The notes beneath the pieces were generated by a model. That model was not told the origin of the DNA. It searched no databases and saw nothing but the letters and a program-made list of their open reading frames with translations. A program made the position numbers and the translations under genes. Below are positions 49,906 through 63,500 of a stretch of DNA of 64,000 nucleotides, in pieces; position 1 is the stretch's first letter; every line of letters starts with the position of its first letter. Source of the DNA: Squalus acanthias (taxonomy: Eukaryota); NCBI GenBank assembly GCA_030390025.1, contig CM059433.1, forward strand, positions 3,348,001 through 3,412,000, written 5' to 3'.

Positions 49906-52335
49906 TAAGAACATAAGAAATAAGAGCAGGAGTAGGCCATATGGCCCCTCGAGCCTGCTCCGCCATTCAATAAGATCATGGCTGATCATCGACCTCAACT
50001 CCACTTTCCTGCCTGATCTCCATATCCTTTGATTCCCCTAGAGTCCAAAACTGTATCTATCTCAGCCTTGAATATACTCAAAGACTCAGCATTCACAGCC
50101 CTCTGGGGCAGAGAATTCTAATAATTCACAACCCTCTGAGTGAAGAAATTCCTCCTCATCTCAGTCTTAAATAGCCTACCCCTTATCCTGAGACTATGCC
50201 CCCTAGTTCTAGACACTCCAGCCAGGGGACACAACCTCTCAGCATCTACCCTGTCAATCCCCTTCAGAATCTTGTATGTTTCAATGAGATCACCTCTCAT
50301 TCTTCTAAACTCCAGAGAGTGTAGGCCCAATCTACTCAATCTCTCATCATAGGACAGCCCTCTCATCCCAGGAATCAATCTAGTGAACCTTCGTTACACT
50401 CCCTCTATGGCAAGTATATCCTTTCTCGATAAGGAGACCAAAACTGTGCACAGTACTCCAGGTGTGGTCTCACCAAGGCCCTGTACAATTGTAGCAAGAC
50501 TTCCTTACTCTTATACTCCAACCCCTTGCAATAAAGGCCAAGATGCCATTTGCCTTCCTTATTGCTTGCTGTACCTGCATGCTAACTCTCTGTGTTTCTT
50601 GCATGAGGACACCCAAATCTCTCTGAACACCAACATTTGAAAGTTTCTCACCATTTAAAAAATATTCTGTTTTTCTATTCTTCCTCCCAAAGTGAATAAC
50701 CTCACATTTCCCTACATTATACTCCATCTGCTACCTTACTGCCCACTCACTTAGTCTATCTATATCCCTTTGCAGACTCTTTGTGTTTTTCTCACAGCTT
50801 ACTGTCCCACCTAGCTTTGTATCATCAGCAAACTTGGCTACATTACACTCGGTCCCTTCATCTAGGTCATTAATATAGATTGTAAATAGCTGAGGGCCCA
50901 ATACTGATCCTTGCGGCACCCCACTAGTTACAGCCTGCCAACCTGGAAAAGATCCGTATCCCTACTCTCTGTTTTCTGTCGGTTAACCAATCCTCTATCC
51001 ATGTTACTATATTACCCCCAACCCCATGAGCTCTAATCTTGTGTAATAACCTTTTATGTGGCACCTTATTGAATGCCTTTTGGAAATCCAAATATACTAC
51101 ATCCACTGCTTCCCCTTTATCTACCCTGCTGGTTTCATCCTCAAAAAACTCGAATAAATTTGTCAAACACGATTTCCCTTTCATAAAACCATGTTGACTC
51201 TGCCTAATCATGCTATGATTTTCTAAGTGACTTGAGACCACTTCCTTAGCAATGGATTCCAGCATTTTCCCAATGACTGATGTCAAGCTAACTGGCCTGT
51301 AGTTCCCTGTTTTTTCTCTCCCTCCTTTCTTGAATAGCGGTGTTACATTTGTGACCTTCCAATCCGCTGGGAGCATTCCAGAATCTAGGGAATTTTGGAA
51401 GATCAAAACCAATGCATCCACTATCTCTTCAGCCACCTTTTTTAGAACCCTAGGATGTAGGCCGTCAGGTCGAGGGGATTTGTCGGCTTTTAGTCCCATT
51501 AGTTTCTCTAGTACTTTTTCTCTACTTATATCAATTACGTTAAGTTCCTCACCCTCATTAGACCCTTGGTTCCCCACCATTTTTGGTATGCTTTTTGTGT
51601 CTTCTACTGTGAAGACAGATACAAAATATTTGTTTAACATTTCTGCCATTTCCTTATTCCCCATAATAATTTCTCCTGTCTGAGCCTCTAAAAGACCAAC
51701 GTTTCCTTTTGCTACTCTTTTCCTTTTTACATGCTTGTAGAAACTCTACAATCTGCTTTTATATTTCTTGCTAGTTTTCTCTCATATTCTATTTTTTCCC
51801 TTTTTATCAATTTTTGGTCAACCTTCGCTGGTTTCTGAAACTCTCCCAATCCTCAGGCTTACTATTAATCTTTGCAACATTATAAGCTTCTTCTTTCAAT
51901 CTAATGCTATCCTTAACTTCTTTAGTTAGCCACGGTTGGATCACTTTTCCCATGGAGTTTTTGTTTCTCAATGGAATGTATTTTTGTTGAGAATTATGAA
52001 ATATTTCTTTAAATGCTAGCCACTGCTTATCGACCACCATACCTTTTAATCTATTTTTCCAATCTACCTTAGCCAACTCGCCCCTTATACTTTTGGGGCC
52101 CAACACGTAATTGGCTTTATTTAAGTTTGAGACTTTAGTTTCGGACTTAGGCAAGTCACTCTCAAAATTAATGTGAAATTCTATCATATTATGATCACTC
52201 TGCCCCAGGAGGATCCTTTACTATGATATTGATAATTAACCCTGTCTCATTACACAATACAAGATCAAAAATAGCCTGTTCCCTGGTTGGTTCCATGACA
52301 TATTGATCTAGGAATCTGTCCCAAATGCATTCCAA
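49906..52335 (-). mobile_element. CR1 LINE, 5'-truncated ORF2 with frameshifts
   Basis: [26 protein letters not shown] and KFADD motifs; 3' tail. Confidence 0.93.
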
Positions 52336-53124
52336 TCTTTACATCAACCTTGTGTCCTGCATGAACAGTAAAGGTTTGTACTCAATTGATGTTCAGGTGA
52401 GTTCCGCTGAGGCCTATGGGAGCGTAAAGGGATGAATTCCCCAGAGCAGCCTGGGAACTCCTCTGACACGCTACCCTAATGTAGAGGGCTGCGCGGAAGA
52501 TCCGACCATGACGCTCCCCATCGCAATTTAAAGGGCCAGTATAAATAGGGAGGAATCCCTAGGTTTCTCCCCACATTTCTGGCTCCCGGGCAGAAATCAA
52601 GTTTTCTGTAGACACCAGGAATTAGAGGGCCTTTGGGGGCTAAATTGGGGTCTGAATACGAGGCCTCCTAAAGGTCGAAAATCACGTCCATGATGCGTGT
52701 GCACACTTCCGATGGGAAGTACGCTGGACGCCATATTTGTAAAGGGGTTTGTGCGCGCGCACCTAACGACCGGCGGAACCATGCAGAGCAGGTGGATCAT
52801 GATGTCAATCGGTGTACAATGCTGGTTTAACGCCAGTACTGCCACTTTCGAGCTGAACGCTCCAGCCTACACCCTCCCTTAACTTTGCACTGCTGAACAT
52901 AATGTTAAACGGCAGGAAGGACCCCCCATCATTGCTATTTAAAGGGATCACAAACTACTTACAAGTTAGTTGCTGGATTATTCCTTTTGGCTAATTCTAC
53001 GCATTTTGGGAGCTTTCCCATACTTGTCTAAAGTTTCAATAGTCTACAGCGAGTGGTCTGGCTGGTGCTCAAGTTCTTTTTTGGTGACTTAAAAGCTTGC
53101 GCTGAAATCAGTTGCTTGCAGACA

Positions 53125-54312
53125 TGGGTGGCCTGGTAGGCCTTCTTGGCATTGAGCATGACTGGGAGAATGAGCAGAGGCCATGCAGAGCAGGCCAAGC
53201 TGCTGGAAGAGGGAAGGGGAGAAGGGGTCTCAGCAGGAGGCCATATCTGCAGAGGGTGTAAAGGAGCAATTGTCTTACCTGAACTTAAGCGACGACCAAT
53301 GCTTGAGACGTCTGCGCTTCACTAAAGAAATCACGACTGAAATTTGCCACTGCTGCAGCCACAACTCCAACCTCAGAGCAGGGCCTGGACAGCATTGCCC
53401 AGTGGTTGTCAAGGTGACTGTGACTCTGAACTTTGGTGTGTCTGGCTTCTTCCAGGCTGCTTCTGGAGATATAAGCAACATCTCGCAGTTTGCAGTGCAC
53501 TGCTGCATAAGGGAGGTCATTGAGGCTCTCTGTACAAAGAGAGACAGCTTCATCTCATTCCCTCTTGCCAGAGACAAGCAGGCGGAGCGAGCGCAAGGGT
53601 TTGCTTGAATTCCAGGCTTCCCCATGGTGCAAGGTGTCATTGACTGCACGCTCGTTGCTTTGCGTGTGCCTTATGTCAACTCTGCCATTTTCTTGAACTG
53701 AAAAGGATTCCACTCGCTCATTATGCAGCCGGCGTGCGACCAAAGGCAGCGCATCATGCAGGTCAATCCATGGATTATCCTGGAAGTAGTCACGATTCGC
53801 TCATTCTGCGGCAGTCCTCTGTGCCAGCTGTATATTAACCACCACGGCAAATCAAAGGGTGGCTACTGGGCGACGAGGGTTATCCACTCATGACCTGGTT
53901 CATGACTCCGGTCCGGAACCCACGCATACGTGGACAGCAGACATATAATGAGAGCCAGGCTGCCACAAGGAATATTATAGAGCACACCATCGGTGTCCTC
54001 AAGCAATGCTTCCACTGCCTGGTCCTGCAGTACTCAGCTGAGCAGGTCTCAAGATTTATTGCTGCATGCTGCATGCTGCATAGCCTTGCCATTAAGAGGG
54101 AGCAGCCCTTGCCACCACCTATCAGGTAAGAAGCTGAGGAGCAGGAGCATTGAGGAGGAGGCAGAGGAGGAAGTGGAGGAGGAAGAAGAGGAGGAACAGG
54201 AAGAGGAGGAACAGGAAGAGGAGAAACAGGAAGAGGAAGGGTATCTGCATCGTAGACAGCCCCTTTCTGCCTGGGCTCTACATGATCAAATAATTTTTGA
54301 GCGATACCAGTA
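53125..54312 (+). pseudogene. Harbinger (HARBI1-like) DDE transposase pseudogene
   Basis: CLRRLRF, GFPMVQGVIDCT, PGSSHDS, WLLGDEGYP, TRNIIEHTIGVLK, CCMLH; stops and frameshifts; poly-E tail. Confidence 0.9.
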
Positions 54313-54926
54313 ACCTCAACCACAATTCCCCATTCACCAACAGTCCCACACTGCTTACCTTTCCTCTGTCACAATACAAAAATAAAGCCAACACAAAATA
54401 GACATTCCAATCCAAATTTATAAATTATATCTTGACATAACTAATCACCCTTGTGCATTCCCTTAGTGCCTCTTCCGTGTGCCTTTGCCTCTCCTAGTGC
54501 TTCTACAATGTGCTTTCCCAGTGGCTAACACATGACTAGTAGAAGGCTGCTGACGTTCAGTTGAGAAGACTGCAGGTGATCTCGGAGGGCTACCTTGAGC
54601 AGCTCTGGGCCTAGAAGGACTGGCTTCAGACTACACCATCTCGTCCTGGGCTGCAGCAGCCTGAGTGGGCTGGCTGACAGGTAACACCAAGGGCACTGGC
54701 GGAGTGGCAGTGGTGAGAGCACGAATGCTGTCATCCTGAGAGAGGACAGCAGGTTCGTGCTCCATGGAGTCACTGCCACTGCCACTCCCCCGGGTCGGTG
54801 CCTCAGCAATCCTAGTAATCTGTTGGAGCACAGATTGCTGGAGTGCTGTGACGGCCTCGAAGTCTCTTTGAATGGTGGTATCCACAGCCATGATGGCAGC
54901 AGTCTCAGCTTCCATTGCGGAACTTA

Positions 54927-56672
54927 GGGCGAGAAATTGATGTCCTTACCACCACCTGGATTAGCCAGTGATGCGTGAAAAAATGGTGGCCGTCGCTCTT
55001 GCGCCAGCTGGAGGTGGTCTCGGCGACCGCCGCCATATTGGTCATCCCCTTTGCGCTGCCGGTAATCGGCAGCGCCCTGAAAAAAAATGGCAGCAATGTC
55101 GACTTAACTCAATTCAGCACTGGGTCCTAAGCACGCCTGGTTAACCCGGCGTTCAAGCAGGCTGACAGACGCTGACAGGGGCGATATCTGCAGCTGTTAA
55201 AGGGGCACACACATCAATCAGGTAAGTTTGAATGGAAGGGTTATGCCTTGGTTTTTTGGATTATATTGAAGAGGTGGCTTGCTGCAATTTATGTGAAAAG
55301 TTTTTTAAGTGTGTAGGGAGTGCTGCTGGACGCTTGCAAGGGTTCGGATGGTAAGTGAAGGCCTTTGAGAAGACAGAACATGCTGCGAATACTCAGCAGG
55401 TGGCGCTACATCCGTGGAGTTCACGTCTCAGGTCAACATGCTGCCTGACCAACTGAGTATTTGCAACATTTTATGCTGTAATTTCACATTTACAGCATCC
55501 GCTCGCAGAGGAAGCGGAGGAAGCCAAAGAGGAGCAATCAGACGGAAGGATCAATCACAGACAGCCCCTTTGTGGCCGGGATATCCAGGATGGAATCATC
55601 TGCCTGTGGGCCCACTGGCTGGGCAGGCTGCATTTCTTGGGTGTGTGAAATGAGGAAGGCACAAGGGTGGAGTTGTGCTGACGGGAGGGCGGGAAGCCTC
55701 GAGATGCAAGCCAGAAGGAGGATACTGTATGAGGATACCCTAATCTTGCATCTTTCAGCCCTGCCGCTGGCCAAGGGCTCAACCAGGCCCCTGCCAAGAA
55801 TGGCCTGCACCGTCTCCTCCAAGGGGGTGAGGTGAGGCTAGGAAAGGGAGATGTGCCTCGTGATTGGTGCAGATTGTTGGTAGGTGAGTGATTGGGGGGT
55901 CGTGTATTGAGCAGTGTGTGAGACTAGTGGTTCAGTTGGTAGGAGACGGCTTTTGAAGATGCGTTCACTGACCTTGACCAGTGGTCTGAGGTCATGAAGC
56001 TTCTTTGGGCAGTGGAGCCAGGTGGTAGGGGCAACACTGCTGGCAGTGACAGCCTCGGTGATGTACTCCCACATCGTTCTTTCTGGAGGGCCTCCTATCC
56101 CGTGTGGGTAGAGGGCCAGTCTTGCACTGTTGACCCCCTGCACAAAGCTGGAGTGTTGCATGTGAGACCCTGGGTGCCCCTTCCCTGGCTTGCTGAGCCA
56201 TTTGTGTTAGTGCTGAGGCAGTTTTCCCATTTGTTCAGTTTAGGAAGGTCATTCAGTTTTAAGTGCTGAATATTGACATTTGGAACTTCTTTTAAATATT
56301 GATTATTTGTTAAAAGACAGAAAGGGCTGAGAAATATATTCAATCAGTGCATTTTATTTCCCCTTGTTTCAATGTGCGTGGCCCCTTTAAATTTCAGAGC
56401 TCCTCACTGCCCACAATGCATTGCGAGCATCACAGCCTCGCACACAGACGCTCGGGGAAGCAGCAACGCCGCAACAGGACTACACATTGGTCCCGGATCC
56501 CTCGTGCAATGCCACCAGGACGGCGTTGAGCCTAAGGTTAGCGCAGCGCCACCTACCTCCATGCCCCCCACACCAATTTACCTCGTTTAGCGCGGTGGCC
56601 ATTTCAGGCGGCCGTTAACGGCAGTTGGCAAGGACACCGACTGCTTTCCGGGTGAGAACGAATTTTTCCCGA
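54927..56672 (-). mobile_element. Nested Harbinger derivative with a Myb remnant, inserted in the Myb gene of the host element
   Basis: TIRs GGGCGAGAAATT / AATTTTTCCCGA; flanks TTA / TAA; MAQQAREGAPRVS...HCPKKLHDL; the host exon resumes on both sides. Confidence 0.72.
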
Positions 56673-58046
56673 TAAGACTTTAGGTGGAAGCTGCTTGTAC
56701 TGCAATGGAAGCTGGGACATCGGCCATCAAACCCTGCATCATGGTTGGTTCCACAGGTGTGCTGATGGAGGTGACCACCCATTCCATGTCGGAAAGGATG
56801 GGCTCCAAGCTCTGTGCGAAGCCCTGTGCCAAGTTGGTGCTGGACTCCTCCATGCTCCTTGACAATGAGCACCCCAAGCATTTGGGAGTTCAGCCTTCTT
56901 CAGTAATCTGGCCCATCAAAGTGCTCATCTGAGTCCTCTGCAGCAGAACTAGTGTGTGACCTCACCCTCCAGCGAGCTGGCACCTGCGTTATCCTTTTCC
57001 CCCACCCTGGCTCCTGCACATTTGTGCCCAACGTCTCATCACGTGCAGATCTCTCCTCTACCCTATCCTCTAAAAGACGCGCCGTGTCAGTATCTGAGCT
57101 GGTGGCTATGACTGTGAGAATGAATGATGGTGTCTCTTCATCTTCACTTTCTTCTTCCTCTTCCTCCTCTGCCTGGCCAGGTTCCAGTTCTTGAGTATCT
57201 GAAATCAAAAAGGGACAAGAGTTGGGTTGGGATGAGAGGAAAGGAGAAAGTAAGAAGAGTTTGCTTCTACCCTCTGCAGCTTCTCAGTCAGAAGAGATTG
57301 AGGGATGAGTCAGAAGTGGGATGAGAGAAGGAGGATTAGCTATGCAGATACTCTCATCCTCAATCGCTTCAGCCCCGACGGAGGCCACGGCCTCAGCGTT
57401 GCCCCTTCCCATGATGGCCAGCACCTGCCTCCTCCATGGCGGCTAAAACATGCAGGCACATTTGTCCCCCTCCAGTTAATTGCTGCTACCTCCTGTTATG
57501 CACCACCTTCTCCTGCAAGAAAGAGGGAAGTGTGTCAATGAGCATCGTGCAATATGTTTGAGTGATGTGGCTGTCATAGTTGAATTGCTTCCAGTGTGTG
57601 TGAGCTGTGGATATGAGGCTTGCAACAGTGCTAAGTGTGTGAGGGTGAGGTAAAGCATATGAATGGTAGGGTTGAGTCCTGATAGATAGAGATTGTTGGT
57701 AGATGGGTGATGGAGTTGTAGTGAATTGAGTAGTGGATGAGGCTAATGATACAGTTGGTAGGATATGGTATTTGAAGATTGAACTCACTGACCTTGACAA
57801 CTTGTGTGAGATCATTAAACTTCTTCCTGCATTGTATCTAGGTTCTTGCAGCTATACCCTGGTACTGCTCTCCACCGCTATCTCTTCCCACTGCCTCCTG
57901 AGCATGTGCCTGGAGGGCCTCCTGCCCCTCTGAGGATACAGGACATCTCTCCTCCGTTCCACCTCTTCCGCCAGGTCCTCCAGTGCAGTGTCTGAAAACC
58001 TTGGAGTACGCTTTCTAAAGTGGTCAGCCATTATCGAATCTTCCAC
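56673..58046 (-). pseudogene. Harbinger Myb/SANT-like gene (exons 1-3; continues at 54440-54926)
   Basis: MADHFRKRTPRFSDTALEDLAEEVERRRDVLYP...RRQWEEIA; LQEKVVHNRR at the exon 2 start; acidic exon 3. Confidence 0.82.
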
Positions 58047-58554
58047 AGCACACTTTTGAAAATACTCTCACCACCTCCAGCAGCCAAAATGCACCTCACC
58101 TTTAAGAGGTGCAGACTGCCTTTAAGTAGCACTGGCAGTCGTGATATCATGCCCCCTGCAGCCAATGAACACTGGCTGCACGCAGCAATCATTTAGAACA
58201 GCAGTCAGCACAAATTTGACATGCTGCCTGCATCGCAGTCTACGGGCGCGAGTTAATCGCACATCGCGATCCCCGCACCCATTTTGCCGTCTTATCCAAT
58301 TTAATCCCCATAGTCTTTAAATCGCACAAAATGAAATCAAAGTGACATCAAGTCCATTATATACCAAGCAATATATAATTTCTGAATTGTGCGAGCTTGT
58401 CGTGTGCCTGATGTAATACCAGAAGTTATGGTTCTGCTGCTGTAATGACATTCTTGGTGACGAAGTGCTTCAGCAACACGCTAGGTGTGATGAGCTCTTG
58501 AACCTGCTGTCCACAGTGCTGTGCACAATGCGGTGAACCTACCAGTGTAAAGCA

Positions 58555-58739
58555 GGGGAGCAGATGTTGACTTTGTGTGATCGTGTAAAATGAGTGATAG
58601 TGAATTGGCCGCTCATTTTACAAACCTACCCGGTTCTTATTTTCATTGAAGTTGATGGAAAAATCGGGAGCGATGTAAAACGGGCTGCCTGTCCGCTGTC
58701 ACTTGTTTTACACTATCGCACAAAGTCAAGATCTACCCC
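58555..58739. mobile_element. Palindromic MITE with long TIRs
   Basis: About 45-bp imperfect inverted repeats GGGG..AGAT.TTGACTTTGTG.GAT.GTGTAAAA / TTTTACAC.ATC.CACAAAGTCAAGATCTACCCC. Confidence 0.75.
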
Positions 58740-59866
58740 AAAGAGTCCATGATGATTTTTATTTGTATTTGTTTATGTAATCAAGTGAGCTGTAAAATGA
58801 AAGACAATATTGTGACTGGCAGCATGAATCATTATTGTATAGCGCAGAAATGTCAATTAAAGCTTCTCAGCTCCATAATGATTACCTTTCAATAATAATG
58901 TGCTTCAGCAGTGTTTATCCATTAGAATGCATGTGGGGAAATCACTGGGAAATCATTAACATGGAAAATTAATGTACGCTTTTGAATTCCTTATATCTAG
59001 CATTTCAAAAGGAGCAATTAAATATCCGAGTAAGAAGAATCAGCTCCAACACATCCGTCAATCACAATCATTATCACCACCAGTTTATTTTTTAAAATGG
59101 ATCCAATTAGTAATACTGACTAAACACTGCAAATCCAATTTTCCTACTTAATGAGTTGATACGTCGGGCACAAAAGAACCCAACTTGTGTCCAGCCACTA
59201 AATCGGAATCTTCCACTTATGAGCGATGCAGGGAAATAATGACATGCAAATAACATGTTAATTTGTGAGCAGTGCACCCTTAGTGCTTCAGAGGCTTGAT
59301 GCCATGAGCCAAATCCAGTCGATAGAAAGATCTTGCCTGAGTAAACGCTATTAATTCTCCCTACCTTCAGGACGGTTTCTGAACTATTCCAACTAAATAT
59401 TGTTATTGCCGTTGCTATATCCAGGTCGCTGTTTCTCTCATGAATCGGGCTGGGAATCACCAAGAGGTGGTTTAGAAAGCAATAGCAATACAACAGTTCT
59501 CTCCACCCCTCCCTGTTCAAATTTGGTAAACTCAAGGGGCGGGAAGGGAAATTTCTGCATTAATCCATTCTTAGTAGTTAGTGTGCAAATTTGGTGCACA
59601 TGACAGATCCCCAAATCCTTCGCTGATGATGCTGACGTCATATGGTCGATCTGACAAAGGTAGGTAGAGAGCTCTGCGAATTTCAGCACAGCATAACTGT
59701 TCCGTATTGAATTAAGTTTCGTCAAAAACTGTCACACACCCACTTTGCTCCTGTGGGAAGCTCATTATTGTACCTGTAGGACCGATCACACCGGTAAGTA
59801 GGGCTATGGTGAGAGGTTTCAATGTCAAGAGTGTCACACCCTGCCTGTCACAGATTCACACGCATC

Positions 59867-60570
59867 TGGGACCGAGTGTAATGTAGCCAAGTTTGTGGAT
59901 GATACAAAGATGGGTGGGAAAGCAAGTTGTGCAGAGGACTCAAAGAATCTGCAAAGGGATATAGACAGGCTAAGTGAGTGGGCAAACATTTGGCAGATGG
60001 AGTATAATGTGGGAAAGTGCGAGGTTATCCATTTTGGCAGGAAAAATAAAAAAGCAAATTATTATTTAAATGGAGAGAGATTACACAATGCTACAGTTCA
60101 GAGGGACCTGGGGGTCCTTGTGCATGAAACACAAAAAGTTAGCATGCAGGTACAGCAAGTAATCAAAAAGGCAAATGGAATGTTGGCCTTTATTGCAAGG
60201 GGGTTGGAGTATAAAAGTAGGGAAGTCCTGCTACAACTGTACAGGGTATTAGTGAGACTGCACCTTTAGTACTGCGTATAGTTTTGGTCTCCTTATTTAA
60301 GGAAGGATAAACTTACATTGGAGGCAGTTCAGAGACGATTCACATAGTTGATTCCTGAGATGAGGGGCTTGACTTATGAGAAAGGTTGAGCAGGTTGGGC
60401 CTATACTCATTGGAGTTTAGGAGAATGAGAGGTGATCTTATTGAAACATATAAGATACTGAGGGGGCTCGACAAGGTAGATGCAGAGAGGATGTTTCCCC
60501 TTGTGGGGAAATCTAGAACTCGGGGGCATAGTTTCAGAATAAAGGGTCGCCCTTTTAGAACTGAGATGAG
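59867..60570 (+). mobile_element. CR1 RT C-terminal fragment, truncated by the next CR1
   Basis: KFVDDTK...WQMEYNVGKC...RGDLIETYK; homology ends at RTEMR. Confidence 0.9.
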
Positions 60571-63500
60571 AGTGCAGTTTGTCACGGAGTGCAGATTGGA
60601 ACAGAGTGTTAAGCTGCGAGTTTGGTGAGTGAGGGAGTGAGGGGAGGGAGGTGTTCCTTTCTTTTTCTATCTTTGTCAGCTTCCTGGTGCGGCGGCGGAC
60701 CTGTGTGAGGCGAGGCGGCGGCAGAGGGTTTAAAAGGCTCCAGAGACCAGGTAAGGCGGGACCAGTCTCCGAACTCGGAGGGAGCGAGAGAGGTAAAAAA
60801 TAATCGAGGTGTGACATCACCAGAAAGCAGGTAAGTAATTGGTTGGTGAGTATTTCTCTCTTTTTAAACTTAAACTCTGTGGTTTATAGTTTCTAAGGTG
60901 TGATATTCATCAGGCGGGTCAGAGGGTATTTAAAAAATATTAATAAATTTAATTAATTACATAGAATGAGAGAGCAGGTGATGTGTTACTGCTGCAATAT
61001 GTGAGAGCTGGTGGACACCATTGATGCTCACGGTGATCACATTTGCAGTAAGTGTTGGCTGCTCGAGGAACTCCGGCTCCGTGTTGATGAGCTGGAGTCC
61101 GAGCTTCCAACACTGCGACACATCAGGGAGGGGGAGAGTTACCTGGACTCTGTGTTCCAGGAAGTAGTCACACCAATTAGATTAACTAATTCAGATGTAG
61201 TCCGTGGTCAGGGACAGGAGGGTGTGACTATGAGTGAGGCAGGTACGGGGATCAAGGAGGTAGTGTTAGAGGAGCCGCAGCCCTTGCTCTTGTCCAACAG
61301 GTTCGAGGCTCTTACTCCCTGTGAGGACGGGAGCAGGGACTGCAGGGAGGATGAGCAACCTGGCCACAGCACTGTGGAACGGGGGGCCATTCAAGTGGTG
61401 GGAGTAAAAAGAAATGTTGTAGTGGTAGGGGATAGTATCATAAGGGGGATAGATAGGGTTCCTTGCAGCCGAGAGCGAGAGTCCCGAAGGTTGTGTTGCC
61501 TGCCTGGTGCCAGGGTTAAGGACATCTCCTCTGGGCTGGAGAGAAACTTGGAGTGGGAGGGGGAGAATCCAGTTGTCGTGGTTCATGTTGGTACCAACAA
61601 CATAGATAGGACAAGGAAAGAGGTTCTGCTGAGGGAGTATGAGCAGCTAGGGGCCAAATTAAAAAGCAGAACCACAAGGGTAATAATCTCTGGATTACTA
61701 CCTGAGCCACGAGCAAATTTGGCTAGGGTAAATAAAATCAGAGAGTTAAATGCGTGGCTCAAAGACTGGTCTGGGAGAAATGGGTTTTGCTTCTTGGGAC
61801 ACTGGCACCAGTACTGGGTCGGGAGAGAGCTGTTCTGTTGGGACGGACGTCACTTGGCCAGTGCTGGGACTAGAATCCTGGCAAATTGAATAACTAGGGC
61901 TGTAGAGAGGGCTTTAAACTAATTAGTGGGGGGGAGGTTTCAAGAGAGCGAAGAATAAAAACGTCAGCGGAGAAGGCAATAGAGCAAATTAGCAGTGGGG
62001 AAATTAAAAACCAGAGCGTGTCAGGAAGGGACAGAATATATAAAGATAAAGGTAAAGTAGTAAAGGGGGTAAAAGCAGGAATAAATTGTCACAAGACATG
62101 TTTAAAAGTTCTTTATCTGAATGCACGCAGCATTCGTAACAAAATAGACGAGTTGACGGTACAAATAACTACACATGGGTATGATCTGGTGGCCATTACA
62201 GAAACATGGCTGCGAGGTGACCATGACTGGGAACTAAACATCCAGGGGTATTTGAAGGAAAAGGAGGTGGGGTGGCTATGTTAATAAAGGGTGGAATCAC
62301 TGCAATAGTGAGAAATTATATTGGGTCAAAGGATCAGGATAGTGAAACAGTTTGGGTGGAGATAAGGAATAATAAGGGGAAAAAATCACTAGTGGGCGTA
62401 GTCTATAGGCCTCCTAACAGTTGTAACTCTATTGGTCGGAGTATAAATCAGGAAATATTTGGGGCTTGTAATAAGGGAACAGCTATAATCATGGGAGATT
62501 TTAACTTTCATATTGACTGGACAAATCAAATTGGGCAGGGCAGCCTTGAGGAAGAGTTCATAGAATGCATTAGAGACAGGTTCCTTGAGCAGTATGTTAC
62601 TGAACCAACCAGGGGGCAGGCAATCTTAGATCTGGTCCTGTGTAATGAGACAGGATTAATAAAAAAATGTCCTAGTAAAGGATCCCCTTGGAATGAGTGA
62701 CCATAACATGGTTGAATTCCAAATTCAGTTGGAGGGTGAGAGAGTTGGATCTCAAACCAGCGTACTAAGCTTAAATAAAGGAGACTATGAAGGTATGAGA
62801 GCAGAGTTGACTAAAGTGGACTGGGCAAATAGATTAAGGTGTAAGACGGTACAGGAGCAGTGGTGTACATTCAAGGAGGTATTTCACAACTTTCAAGAAA
62901 AATATATTCCACTGAGCAAAAAGGGGCGTAAAAAAAAAGACAGCCATCCGTGGCTAAGTAAAGTAATAAAGGATAGTATCTGACTGAAAACAAGGGCATA
63001 TAAAGTAGCCAAATCTAGTGGGAGGATAGAAGATTGGGAAGCATTTAAAAGCCAGCAAAGAATAACTAAAAGATTAATTAAGAAGGGTAAGATAGATTAT
63101 GAAAGTAAACTCGCAAAAATATAAAAACAGATAGCAAGAGTTTCTACAGTTATATAAAAAGAAAAAGGGTGGCTAAAGTGAATGTTGGTCCCTTAGAGGA
63201 CGAGACCGGGAAATTAGTAGTGGGGAATACGGAGATGGCAAATACGCTGAACAAATATTTTGTATCAGTCTTTACAGTAGAGGATACTAAAAATATCCCA
63301 ACACTGGACAAACGGGGGGCTATGGGGGAGAGGAGCTAAACACGATTAAAATCACTAAGGAGATGGTACTCGGTAAGATAATGGGACTTAAGGCGGATAA
63401 ATCCCCTGGACCTGATGGCTTACATCCTAGGGTCTTGAGAGAAGCAGCGGTAGGGATTGCGGATGTATTGGTGGTAATTTTCCAAAACTCCCTGGATTCG

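Larger units (their letters stand above)
52635..58309. mobile_element. Decayed, formerly autonomous PIF/Harbinger transposon (transposase on +, Myb gene on -, convergent)
   Basis: TIRs GGGGGCTAAATTGG / CCAATTTAATCCCC (12/14 match); both genes present; TSD not preserved. Confidence 0.85.

Noticed and set aside
59107..59725. 142-aa and 95-aa minus-strand ORFs
   Set aside because: No recognisable domain or coding character; may be non-coding unique DNA
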